Below are positions 39,001 through 50,890 of a DNA stretch of 64,000 nt, one piece after another. The DNA is taken from assembly GCF_964188315.1 (NCBI RefSeq), contig NC_135656.1, positions 44,454,001 to 44,518,000 on the forward strand, given 5' to 3'. The stretch is from Podarcis muralis. Lineage: Eukaryota. The position numbers and the translations under genes were made by a program. The notes beneath the pieces are model-generated. The model was not told the origin of the DNA and did no database searches. It saw only the letters and a list, made by a program, of their open reading frames with translations. Positions within the stretch are counted from its first letter, which is position 1. Each line of letters starts with the position of its first letter.

Positions 39001-42000
39001 ATTTATTAGGATCTAAGTGAGGTTAGATTTGCCAAAGTCTATTTCATCCTTGCAGGACAGGTCACTTAGATCCAGAAATAGATGCAAAACATCCCTCTAG
39101 TTGGTCCATGCTACTCAAGCAGCACAGAGAGCTGAAAGGGCAGCTGATTAATGTTGTTGTCTCTATGCAAAAATGCTTAAAAACAACAACAACCTCCCTT
39201 ATTTTCATAAAGTGATGCTGATTATCAGAGGTACCTGGTTGGGGTGGGAAAAGAGGTGGACCCCTCCCCCAATTTTTCACTTTCCCTTTTAACAGTAATA
39301 ATTTCTGGTCCATCATATATGATGGCAGGTGATTAATAGGTGGGTGGTTCCAAGCACCTATCAAAATGGCCCACAGAGGTAGGTTCAGTTCTAGATTTGG
39401 TCCTTTAGCGTGATCCAGTTGCCCACCTCATAGTACACCAAGCCATTTTCTGTGAAAAAACAATTCTCTCTCCTGTATCTTGTGAGTTTTTTTAAATATT
39501 CTTTACCGTTTGTGAATTTGGTTCCTCTTCTCCCCATCTATGTCGCGGGGAGTTCTGCGGCAAGGAAAAGTAGCATTAGCACAGTATATAAGCTCCATTT
39601 TGTATTTTAGTTTTACAAAATTACAAAATATTTTTTTTAAAGTGTAAGACTGAAATTAACTTTATTGAGGAAGTTGAAAGAAAATACCCTGAAATGGCTC
39701 TGGTTTCCTCCCAGCTCAAAAGAAGCTTTAATATTAAAAGTATGGTTTATACTGCCACCTAGTGAAGAAATTCAGTATCTTCTGCAAAATGAAGGGCACG
39801 CCCAAATGAGTAAGCACTCCTGTTGGTTTGTTCATAGCAAAAGCTTTAGGCTTAAGGTAGATTTAAGCCTGATCTAGCGCGATGGGCTGAGCTCCCGTTG
39901 CTCGGTTCCTGCTCCTGCCAACCTAGCAGTTCAAAAGCACATCAGTGCAAGTAGATAAATAGGTACCACTCCAGCAGGAAGGTAAACGGCGTTTCCGTGC
40001 GCTGCTCTGGTTCGCCAGAAGCGGCTTAATCATGCTGGTCATATGACCTGGAAGCCGTACGCTGGCTCCCTCGGCCAATAAAGTGAGATGAGCGCCGCAG
40101 CCCCAGAGTCGGCCACGACTGGACCTAATAGTCAGGGGTCCCTTAACCCTTAGTGCTTATTTGTGCCCTCAGCAGCATCCTATACCTTTAATAGCAGAGG
40201 TGACATGTGAGAAAGGGGGACACACATCCCTTGTGGTAAAACACCAGGGTACTAATGTTTTCAGTTCACTTACCACTTGCTCCGTCAGCTTTCCTGAAGC
40301 CAGCTCCTCCTGGAGCTTCTGCACTTTCAGTGAGCGTTTAGCCTGTTAAAATGAAAGCAGGATTACTTCTCACATTGGACTGAAAGTTTCCACAACCACT
40401 TCATTCATCATGCAAACATCGATCTTATTTAATTAAAATTAAATCCGTCTAGTTTGGTACTAAAATTCAGTATGAACAATCCCTTTACTAACCCTTAGCA
40501 AGCAGAAGTTCTTCTCACCAGAGGGCATCTTTCACTATACAAGTGGGAATTATCCTCTGCTTTGTAAGTGGTGTTCTGCATGCTCAACAGAACTTCCTCT
40601 TCCCCTCCTCCCCTTGTGTACCCCCAAAATTTGTTCTAGAGACCCCCCCCAACAATTTGGAGAGATTTTGAAGATCCACGGTGGTCTGCAGGAAGAAGAG
40701 GAAGTGGACGTTTTCTTGCACAAGTATGCTGCATGAGCAAAACAGCAGCACTGGACAAAATGCATTGTTTGAAAGTCACTCTTGGCTCAATGGTCTGGCT
40801 GAGTAAAAGGCAGCTTTTCATGCACCTTACCTTAAACATTTCTACTGGTATTTAAGTTAGTGTGCAAGTTAATTCTACTCTAGATTAAAAAGTGACCTAT
40901 TTTAACATTGATATATAACACAACTTCCCAAGAGACTGTCAGAATCTTTTTAAAGGAAAAAAACACACCACCCTACTTACTAAATCAACCTTGGCGTATT
41001 CTTCTACAATCTTCATATGCTCCTCTGGATTATAGCCATTCCAACGGTCTCTTTTTCCATCATAGTCAAACATCAGCTGTGGTTGCATGTGCTCATCTGG
41101 TGCAATGTTGGTTCCTGTGAATTTGGCTCCAACCTTTCTAGGTCTCTGCAGGGAAGGAATTAGATCACAACCTTAGCATTGCTCCTGTTCTTCAGAAAGG
41201 AACTGGCCACAATATTATTATTTTTTTGTATCAGAGAGGTTGGGGAAATTAATTTTTCAGGATGTTAACAAGATTCACAGTTAAAGGTAAAGGTACCCCT
41301 GACCAAAGGTCCAGTCGTGACCGACTCTGGGGTTGCGCGCTCATCTCGCTCAGGAGGCCGGGAGCCGGCGCTTGTCCGAAGACAGCGTCTGGGTCACGTG
41401 GCCAGCTTGACTAAGCCGCAGCTGGCGAGCCAGCACCAGCGCAGCACACGGAAATGCCGTTTACCTTCCCGCTAGAAAGCAGTCCCTATTTATCTACTTG
41501 CACTTTGGGGTGCTTTTGAACTGCTAGGTAGGCAGGAGCTGGGACCGAATGACAGGAATCACCCTGTCGCGCGGGGATTCAAACCGCCGACCTTTCGATC
41601 AGCAAGTCCTAGGCACTGTGGTTTAACCCACAGCACCACCCGCGGTCCCCCAAGATTCACAGTTAATTTTATCCAATTTCATGTAAAAATGATAATAATG
41701 CTTACCTCTAAGCAATCTTTCTTCTTGTGTGTAAGGGCACCACAGTTCTCACATGCTCCTTTGCGGTACTTGGTTGCATGAGAATTCTGAGCAAAAAACA
41801 AAAACAAATGAAAACTTCCTATCAACAGCACACCTACTTCCCTCCGCTCAGCCTCGATCAGAATATAGTTGGCCCCATTTGACCACAAAAGAAACAGATC
41901 TACAATACAATTAATTTTATCTGTAATGATAATTGCAGAGAACTTGATCCTTAGCTTGAAGTGTACCCCTGCAAGTCAACTAGTGTAAAACTATCCCACA

Positions 42001-43871
42001 ACGTCTGATACTCAGAAAGATGACAAACTATCACTGAACTCAATCTTTTGAATGCCAGTAATAATAAATAAAGGACCGCAAACTGATTAGGTTTTATTCA
42101 CATTCTAGAGTGCCAGCATTCCCATCATGGCGACCTACCTCTTTGACTCCTCGCTTATACCATTCCCCTAGAAATGTAAATTCTTGCTGCTTCTCTGGCT
42201 GAGGTCTCTGATGCTTTAGTGTAGGCCTTTTTGAAGGATCTATATACCATGGGACTGAGGAAATGTACTGAGGAATATGAGGGTTGATGTCTCTGTAATA
42301 AATAGAAAACACACACATTGAAGTGGGAGTAAGCCCCATTGAACATACTGGGAATTACTTCTGAATAAATATGGTTGTGTTATGGTTGCATTGTTGAACA
42401 ACTAAATGTTACAGATATCCACAAAATAATGTTGTGAATGCTTTGTGACCGGGTAAGATGGACCTTAAGTCTGTAAGGGTTCCCATGCTGAGATAAAGAT
42501 CAAGGAGACTTCTAAGTGGAAACAGTTAGGATCATTTCATTATTTATTTTTATTATGCTCTGACATTTATATGCTGCCTTTTCCCTACCATGGAACCTGA
42601 CACGCAGCTGAACTCAGTTGAGACATGCCTCCAAGTACATAGACTCAGACCCACAGAAGGGATGACAACAGAATCCCCAATTCAGTGCTTTTTAAAATAC
42701 TTCAAAAAATAGATTGTTAATTTCAAGTACAGTGGTACCTCTGGTTACATAATTCATTCCGGAGGTCCGTTCTTAACCTGAAACCGTTCTTAACCTGAGG
42801 TACCACTTTAGCTAATGGGGCCTCCTGCTTCTGCCACCGCATGATTTCTGTTCTCATCCTGGGGCAAAGTTCTTAACCCGAGGCACTACTTCCGGGTTAG
42901 CGGAGTCTGTAACCCAAAGTGTTTGTAACCCGAAGTACCACTGTATCAAAACATACCCGTACAAGGAAAACAGAGCTTAGCAGCTGTGCAGAAAAGAGAG
43001 AAAATAGCAGCAGATGGTAGCATGTTTTAGATTTTCCAATAAAGGCAACCAAAATGTCTCTCCATAAGGGTCCATGAGTCAATGGAGGGTCAAAACCATG
43101 TTCGATTGTCTTAACAATACAGTCATACCTCGGGTTAAATATGCTTCAGGTTGAGCGTTTTCAGGTTATGCTCCGTGTTACCTCTGGGTTTCGCCACTTG
43201 TGCATACGCAGATGCTCAAAATGACATCACATGCATACATTCTACTCAAGATGTGAACGGGGCTCTGGAATGGATCCCGTTCGCATACAGAGGTACCACT
43301 GTACTGTAAAAGGATACAGTGTTATATAGGAAGTGTGAGTCTTTTCCCCTCCCAGATCGATATTCTGAGCACTGAGCTTTGGCCCTTCCTTTTTGCTTAA
43401 TTTTTTTTTTTTAAACCTCACATTTCAAGATTTCAATCCCTTCCAATTGCCTGCCCCACTCTGGAAAGGTTAGGACAAGACTAGACAGGCTGAAGGCAGG
43501 AATAAACCATACATTTCGGTTCATTCATTTCATTACCCATTGGCTACAGAAATTCCAAAACTATCAAGCAAGATGAATGAAATTCCTTCAAGGTACATAC
43601 CTCCTAACTTCAAAAAAATAAAACAACAGAAAGTCATAAAAGAAGTGCAAGTTTGAAGGAAATACAAGGGAACTGCTAGCAGATATGAAGGGATACACAA
43701 GACTTACTTTCCCTCTTCATCTACTTCTGCTGGTGCATTGCCCAGTTTTCTCTGTTCTTCCAACTCCTTTTTCTTCCTCCAGTCCTCCCTGGTCATCTTC
43801 TTAGGCTCTTCTAAGCCATTTGACCCTCCAGGAGGGTTAGCAGCTATTGTTTCCATACTGCCAGATTCCAT
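32470..43871 (-). CDS. SLU7: Pre-mRNA splicing factor SLU7; coding exons 43708-43871, 42139-42292, 41706-41786, 40981-41145, 40274-40342, 39507-39554, 38700-38831, 38284-38381, 36953-37020, 35862-36001, 35045-35206, 34086-34190, 33903-33974, 33006-33116, 32470-32649
   Basis: Spliced ORF of 1749 nt (582 aa) with [40 protein letters not shown], zinc knuckle [48 protein letters not shown] and C-terminal [12 protein letters not shown]. All 14 coding introns are GT-AG and phase-consistent. Confidence 0.97.
33290..33796. mobile_element. Non-autonomous hAT (Charlie-like) element in a SLU7 intron
   Basis: Termini CAGTAGTGGGGAAC / GTTCCCCATTCCTG and imperfect 8-bp TSD ctctatat/ctctacaa. Confidence 0.6.
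36047..36097. repeat. (CA)n microsatellite
   Basis: Interrupted CA run just upstream of a SLU7 acceptor. Confidence 0.9.
36527..36574. repeat. (AAAC)n microsatellite
   Basis: About 12 units. Confidence 0.95.
39877..40150 (+). mobile_element. Sauria SINE, 5'-truncated
   Basis: SINE body from gcgcgatgggctgagctcccg to ggacctaatagtcaggggtcccttaacc. Confidence 0.85.
41284..41649 (-). mobile_element. Sauria SINE, full length
   Basis: Head, body and (ACCTTT) tail, with a perfect 15-bp TSD caagattcacagtta (41269-41283, 41650-41664). Confidence 0.92.
42730..42943 (-). mobile_element. Tigger-like MITE, copy 3 (inverted)
   Basis: Reverse complement of the 22047 family, TA-flanked. Confidence 0.85.
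43120..43301. mobile_element. Related Tigger-like MITE with a different body
   Basis: CAGTCATACCTCGGGTT...AGAGGTACCACTG termini, TA-flanked. Confidence 0.65.
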
Positions 43872-45301
43872 GATCTTTTACCTACAAACAAGAATGCAGG
43901 TTTATCAGCCACAGAAATAGATCAAACACTGTTTTAATACATGTCCTTATGAATGATCTCAAACTGTTAACTATAGCCAGCATTTTGCACGTATTAGTTC
44001 TCCCATCGACCCTTCACTGGTGTTCTTATAGTAATTGGAGCCAGGCCACAGCCATCAGAAAAGGTAGCTACCATATGAAATATAACACCATTCTCTCTCT
44101 GAGATGACAACAGAAACAGAATCAGCTGGGATTAGTGGGATAACACACAAGCTCTCCATGAATCCAATAAATAATTCAAAAACCGTAACATGCAGAGATA
44201 GTGTCATATCAAAACCACACCCTGCTTAACACCATCCTAACTCAAGACAGATTATAATACCTCTTCGAACCCCACCAATGTTACCGTTAAATAAGCTGCC
44301 TCCTATAAGTTACCACCTCCTATAAATTAGGTGAACATTAAACCAAAAGCTAGCTAACCTATCTGATACTTTGGGAGTTATAAGCCTCCAAGCTATTTTC
44401 TCCACTCCTTCTGTGGCTGCATAGATCCCTAGAGGCCTAGAAGACTCCTCTAGCAGGATTTAGCCACCGATGTTTATGTCTTTATGAACCATTCTCAACA
44501 AGTTAGCATTATTAGTCATAGCAGTACGTAACTATGTTTATGCGGTTTCCCCTCCCTCTCATTATTAACAGTTTAATGAGAACACCTCAACTATGACCTG
44601 CTTAGCTACCATACACAGCTGTCAACGTTTCCCCTGTTTTAAATGGGAAATTCCTTTATTCCGAATAGGATTCCTCAAAAAAAAAGGAAAAAGTTGACAA
44701 CTATGCATCATAGCAAAATAACACCTATCTGATCTAAGCAACTGGAAGCAAGCAAATAATTTAAAGCACAGTTAATGTACTGATCAATCAGCCTGGCAAC
44801 TGGAATTGTGCGTTTAACGGAGAGGTGCTGTAAGTGGGGGAGGAGGGCGGTAGGCTAGAGCAGGAGCTCACTATACGGTCGGCCCCAGCTTTAACATCCC
44901 CCCCCCCCCCAATCACAAGGACTTCAATAAGCTGAAAAGAAGCACAAAAAGTCCTTTTTACGACTCTCTTGTGTTTCCCGCGACAAATACGTAGCTGAAA
45001 CAGGTAAACCAAATAAACCTCCTGAGAAAGTCCTGACGCGAGGCCTTAGCGGGCCTTTGTTTACTCCTCTGTGTGAAAACACAGAATGTACTGAAACCCA
45101 AAGGGAAGAGGAGGAACAGCAGCCACCTCGGAGGCTCCGGGGATTTTAAACGCCCAGGGAGACACAATATCCCGAATACGTGCTCCGTATAAACAAGCAC
45201 AATTTTCAGGACATTGGAAGCGGCCTCTGCTGTCCTATGGGGGAAGTAAAGTCTCCTCCTCCGGGTAACACTCGCAGGGCAGCCACAAAATCCAGCCTTA
45301 C

Positions 45302-45400
45302 CGAAGCTGTCAGCCCCGACCACCGCCGTTTCTACGCCACAGGCTTCTCGGGACCGAGCAGGCCTCACTTCCGCTTTGCTTCCGCCTCCCACAATGCAGC
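45302..45400 (-). other. SLU7: Probable non-coding first exon of SLU7
   Basis: Minus-strand donor CG|GTAAGG at 45302/45301 in a CpG-rich patch with ETS/GABP-like CGGAAG motifs. It would splice to the acceptor at 43881 just upstream of the ATG. The TSS position is approximate. Confidence 0.6.
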
Positions 45401-46033
45401 GCGCCGCTCCATCCGCCTTCCTCTTAAAGGAGCACCGCCCTGATTCCAAAGGCATCTTGGCGTCCCCCGCCCGGTCCCCACGTGCATTTACACGGGGTTC
45501 AGTCCCACTATGACTCCAGGGCGCTTTGTTTTCGGTGCGCGTCTTAATTAGAGCCCCGAGGGTTCTAATTATAGAATTAGAACCTCTGGAGTAGCTAAAT
45601 TATACAGTGTTTCCCAACCTTGGGGCTCCACCTGTTTTCGGACTACCAATTCCCATCACACCTGACCACTGGTTTTGCTAGCTAGGGATGATGGGAATTG
45701 TAGTCCAAAAACAGCTGGAGAACCAAGCTTAGTAAACACTGAGCTAAAGGCTGCAGTCCTGTAAGGGCAGTAGGAGGAACCCCAACTAGAGCAAAGCAGT
45801 CCTCCTGGGCAGGACTGCTGCAGTGACTGTATGCATGAGCTTCCTTGCACTAGATTGAACTCTTATGCCTTAAGCATTGTGGTTGGCTTTAATCTTTATA
45901 TGGCTACCCACTTATTTGGGAGTAAAGCCCAGTACTATGAGACTCAGGAAAAGTATTAGGTCTAGCATTGCAAACCTTTAAGCTCTCTTTGTTTTTGTTG
46001 CAGCAGATCGACAGGGCTGCCTCCTCCGCCGCC

Positions 46034-46070
<37 letters not shown>

Positions 46071-46100
46071 TAAATAGTAATAATGGTGATAGTAACAACA
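46034..46100. repeat. (AAT)n microsatellite with degenerate tail
   Basis: Lies between the SLU7 and PTTG1 CpG patches. Confidence 0.9.
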
Positions 46101-47611
46101 ACAATTTATTATTTATACTCCGAAAGTGCTGCACTCCGGGACCTCCTGTCTTACTCCGCCAAATGCAGCGAGCAAGGGTGACTTTAGGGCTTTGCAGTCT
46201 GATCCCACGCATACGTAGCTGGGAATGAACTTCCACTGCGCACCGCTCCCATAGGAAATACAGTTACATGCCCCTTCCAACTAGGACACTTCGTCTGCTG
46301 TGCCTTTGCCTCGTCGCGGGTTCTTTAACGAGCCGGGAAAGCGTGAAACCCCGCCTCCTCTCCTCCGCCATTGGTTTACCGAGGTAGCAATCAGCAGCGT
46401 CTCACGCGGGGAGTAACGACCAATGGGGAAGGAGGGTGATGATTTAAAAGTGACCCGTGCGGAAAGCAGAGCTCGTTAGTGGTGTATCGCTTTTAGTGTG
46501 CGTGTTATCAATTGTTTGGCAATGGGTGGATGCGAGGTTTAAAAGCTTATTTGCCCTAAATTTTTGTTTCCTTTTTTTGTCATTGCTTCCTAATGTCTCG
46601 TCTCTATCGGTTCTAATTCAAGTGTGCTGGTTTTATGTTTAGTAACAAGTTGTGTTGCTTTTCTAAAATTCTGTATCCTTTTTGCTTGGACTAAATTAAT
46701 TTTTTTCTTATTGCTGTCAGGTTCTTTGTTTCCTTTGGTCCATTCTATAGGCAGGTAAGTAATGCTAAAAGAGAAGTTGGCTTTTTGGTGTTTCCCCCCC
46801 CTAAGAGTTAGAAACACTAGTTAAATCAATCAGGTCTAGGGCAACCTAAGACTCCAGTCCTGACTGTACTTAAGATGGGCAGTCAGTAGGTTTCCTGGTG
46901 TGCCTTATTGCTGAGTACTCCTGCACATGGTCTGGCAAGTTAGTGAGACTGCATTAAAGTGATGGAGTACAATGTGGGTGGGAATACACTTTGTAGGGTA
47001 CCCCTCCTTTTTTTGCTGTTACTTTTTGGGTTACACTCCTATAATGCTAATGTCTGGCATTCAACACTGGCACTCAAGAGTATGTGGTAGCATGGAAAGT
47101 ATTGCTTTAGTATATGTGTCAAAACCTGTAATTTTAGGCTACAATTCTTTTAAGTATTTATCTGAGAATAAGACCAATTGAACTCGGTGGGACCTACTTC
47201 TGAGTAGGCAGCAATAGTTCACTGTTGTTCTTAACTTCAGCATGTAGTCCTCTGTAAATACACTTTTAAAAAGTGTTTAAAAAAAAAAGACTTTTGTCAC
47301 CACCAACATATATTTTTCTAAACTGCTTTAGTGAGTAGTTTTTGTTTGCATTTTGAGTTCTGTCTAGTGTTTAACAGTTATCTGCACATCCCAGTGCACT
47401 GTACCTAGTCAAGACAAACACTTGAAAGAAGTGCATTAAACCAGTGGCCGCCTTTGCTCCAGAAGGTTCTGGAGGAGTTTTCCCAAGTGATTAAAGTACT
47501 ACTAGTGAGACATACTTGGACTCCTATAATGATGACAGAAGGCTAAGGATGCAAGAAAACACGAAATAATAATGTATATATCTATTCTAGCAATCCTTGG
47601 ATGTCAAAGTG

Positions 47612-49597
47612 ATGGCGACACAAATTTACATAGAAAAAGAGAATGATGAAATTGGCACGGTTGCTTCTTCTAAGGGTCGGATGCAATTGGTATCTGCACC
47701 ATGTAAGTTTGTATTCATGTGAATTTAAACTGGTATAAAATGAACGGAAATACCTTTTTTAAACCAAAGCTCCATTAAAGATGCTGATGAACTTGAATTA
47801 ATAATTCAGAATGCTTAATATCAACTTTTTATAGCTTTCTCCTCCTTTTTTTGGAAGCAGCAATGATAACAGGTCAGCTCAGCTTAGAGGTACCGGATGA
47901 TGAAGTCTTTGTGGAAGGACAGGATGCCGGGAGGAAGGAAAAATGAGAACTAACTGTGGCTTCTCCTTTATTCTGCCGCCTCATGGAGTATTCTTAGCTG
48001 CACTGGCTTGATTTGCTTGCCTTGCCTGTCACATTAACCATGGTTTAATGTGAACAAGCAGCACACTCAGAATCTCCTGGGGCATTCCTGCTGCATTTTA
48101 GATGAAACAAACGAGGGCCTGGTTTGTCATGTCACCTGAACCTGCACTTGTTTATCGCCAAATGAACCAAGAGCTATAAGCTAAGAACAAACCTTGGTTT
48201 ACTGCTCTTGGCTTGTTTGGAGAGAGACAAACAACAATCTTGGGTTCATATAACATGATAAATGTACGTTCTGGCTTGTTTTGCCTGTGGTGCCCTTGAA
48301 TGAAGAAGTTTTGGTACTTTGGGTCTTGAGCATGTTGGCTGACTTGATTTTCTTCCATAGCAAAGAGTTTTGCTGAAAGGTCTTGCCCCAAGACTCCACT
48401 TGTTGGAAGGACAGCTAACATAAATCCAGCAACATCCCAGTCTGTCAGGAAGGTTCTAGGAAATTTGAATAGGCCTTCAACAACAACAAAGAGTAACTTC
48501 CCAAAAGGAAAAAAGCCTTCTACGAAAAAGGTTAGTAGAGCTAATACTCCATAGGACTACATTTGATTCTCAAAACAGAATCATTCCTAGGCTGGAGAAC
48601 TGTCCCAGATATAAGCAAAACAATCAGAGCTGTAGCTTAGGCAAGCTGAATAGAAAAGATCATAGATGTGTGCCAATCTGTCAAAATTTCAGCAAGTGAT
48701 AATGATCAGCTCACCTTAAACTAGCCTCTTGAGTAACTGAAGCTTTCATCTTGTGTAAAACTTTTCTTCCAGAAAAGTAGTACATTGGTGGGTATGAAAT
48801 AGGGGGATGACTGGCACATAGCAGGAAAAAGAGAGTTGTGTGCTTTCTCTCTAGCTTATGAAGGAAGAATGCATTCACAAGGATGATTAAGGCTAAGAAC
48901 ACTGGAAAATCTGCTGGTCACAACAAGAACAACAAAAACCAGGGTGGCACCTGAAAGGGGATTTCTAAGTGAAGATAAGGGAAGGCTCTGGGAAAGGGAA
49001 GAAGTGGGGAGGCAGCCTGTTTTTTAATTCTTCCTTGATTAAGGAGTTGGGAACAAGAAGTCATGGTGTTATAATAAACATGATTTTGGGAATTCCCAAG
49101 CTGTGGTCCATGGTCCACCAGTGGGAAGCAAAGATTCAGCATATTAACGGGAGAAATCTCTAGTCTGGCTGTTGTAAGACTTTGTTGTAACCACTTTTTC
49201 TCACTTTTTATCCTTATTTAAGGCTACTGAAACTGCAAACAGAGTTGAAAGCAGCAACATGGTTCCTGAAGACTATCCAGAAAAGGAGAACCTCTTTTCC
49301 TATGATCCTTTAGGTAATGCCTGCCAAGGATTATTTTGGTTTCCTTGGGATAGAGGGGGTGAACGATTGATTGATTGGTTGATAATCAATGCAGAGATAT
49401 GAAGCAGGAGGTGGTTCTGCTGGAGTGTCACAGGTTGCTGTATGTCTTGTTAACTGAGCTTCTATACCGTAAGCTGCAACGCATGCTGGGGTTATGTTCT
49501 GGGGATCGCACCTAAAGGCAAAATTGTGTAAAGTCAAAATGTATTGGGTTCAGTGGTAGGTGGGATTGCCAAAGACTTTCCCCCCAGATGCCCATCC

Positions 49598-49685
<88 letters not shown>

Positions 49686-50824
49686 TCATCATCAGCCAAG
49701 CATGTTAAACTGAATGGTCACACATTAAATACACGTAAATTGCAGGATTACTGTTCTAGAAGTTGCCAGGCATAACAGATAAATAAGTTGAGGAAATCTG
49801 AATAAAAAATCAGTCTTATGTATTTTATTTATGTTCTTTGTGTGCTACTCAATAGCGGTGTAAACCCTGCTAGCTGAGTGAATTACAGTGGTGCCTCGCA
49901 AGACGAAAATAATCCGTTCCGCGAGTCTCTTCGTCTAGCGGTTTTTTTGTCTAGCGAAGCAACCCTATTAGCGGCTAAGCGGATTAGCGCTATTAGCGGA
50001 TTAGCGGCTATTAAAGGCTTAGCGGCTTAGCGGCTAAAAGGCTATTAGCGGCTTAGCGGCTTAGAAAAAGGGGGGGGAAGCGAAAAAAATTTGCAAGACT
50101 CGCAAGACGTTTTCGTCTTGCGAAGCAAGCCCATAGGGAAAATCGTCTTGCGAAGCAACTCAAAAACGGAAAACCCTTTCGTCTAGCGGGTTTTTCGTCT
50201 TGCGAGGCATTTGTCTTGCGGGGCACCACTGTATGTCACTGCCCCACTCCTCTAACAAGTAATGGAGAGTGATGCTCAGGGGCAGTGCTAACCACTGTTG
50301 TTCTTTCCAAACAGACTTTGAGAGTTTTGAAGTCCCTGAAGAGCACAGGCTGAGCCACATGCCCCTGACTGGAGTTCCTCTGATGGTATTTGAAAATGCC
50401 TCTGACAGATTTGCAAGCACAATCTCTGTACCTGCAAAAGAGCCTTCCATTTCATGGGGCTATGGTAAGTAAAAAAAAAAAAAAAAAAAGTGATTTGCAT
50501 CCAGTAAAGTGAGTGGCTGTAATGCTACATTGTAAGGGGCAATACTTGGCTGGAACAGAGCAAACACAGAAAGAATTGAAAAGCAACTTGGTGGTTGTCC
50601 AGCAACAACTGCCTAACATTTGGGTGACTAGGGTAAAAGGGGCACTGGAAAAAAATGGAGATTAGAAATGTAACCATGAACATTAGAAATGAAAATATTA
50701 AAATTTGAATGTATCTGACTTGATGTTAACTGGCTTTTTAAATCTTTCAGATACCCGGCAGTCCACTCAAGACTTCCTGGCAACTTTGGATGAAATAGTA
50801 ATTGATCTTCCCCCTCCCTTATAA
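47612..50824 (+). CDS. PTTG1: Securin (pituitary tumor-transforming gene 1); coding exons 47612-47702, 48361-48530, 49223-49313, 50315-50464, 50751-50824
   Basis: MATQIYIEKEN (KEN box), D-box RKVLGNLN, DFESFEVPEEHRLSHMPLTGVPLM and C-terminal FLATLDEIVIDLPPPL*. 576 nt = 191 aa plus stop, GT-AG and phase-consistent, head-to-head with SLU7. Confidence 0.93.
49598..49692. repeat. Compound (ATT)n(ATC)n microsatellite
   Basis: An ATT run switching to an ATC run in a PTTG1 intron. Confidence 0.95.
49886..50231. mobile_element. Tigger-like MITE with an internal TTAGCGG(C) array, in a PTTG1 intron
   Basis: TIR CAGTGGTGCCTCGCAAGAC / GTCTTGCGGGGCACCACTG, TA TSD. Confidence 0.82.
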
Positions 50825-50884
50825 TATGTAAACAGGCTTATCTCTTTTTAAGCTGAATTTTGAGCAAGCTGTATTCATTTTCAT

Positions 50885-50890
50885 AATAAA
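50885..50890 (+). terminator. Likely PTTG1 polyadenylation signal
   Basis: AATAAA about 60 nt after the PTTG1 stop codon. Confidence 0.55.

Larger units (their letters stand above)
45100..46520. promoter_or_regulatory. Divergent SLU7/PTTG1 promoter region; PTTG1 side has a cell-cycle (NF-Y + CHR-like) architecture
   Basis: Two CpG-rich patches (about 45100-45550 and 46100-46500). ATTGG at 46370-46374, CCAAT at 46420-46424, CHR-like TTTAAA at 46443-46448, E2F-like GCCGGGAAA at 46332-46340. Confidence 0.65.

Noticed and set aside
44230-44600. Odd-composition stretch in SLU7 intron 1 considered as a NUMT or tRNA-derived piece
   Set aside because: No mitochondrial gene, cloverleaf or termini could be recognised. 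BLAST would settle it.
44958-45455. 165-aa minus-strand ORF
   Set aside because: Spans the SLU7 promoter, exon 1 and intron, with no homology to known proteins.
45904-49775. Poly-Leu, poly-Asn and poly-Ile ORFs (45904-46236, 45968-46228, 49560-49775)
   Set aside because: Translations of (AAT)/(ATT)/(ATC) microsatellites.
49966-50065. Short-repeat array as a CRISPR or telomere remnant
   Set aside because: No unique spacers, vertebrate context, units are not TTAGGG, and the array lies inside a TA-flanked MITE.
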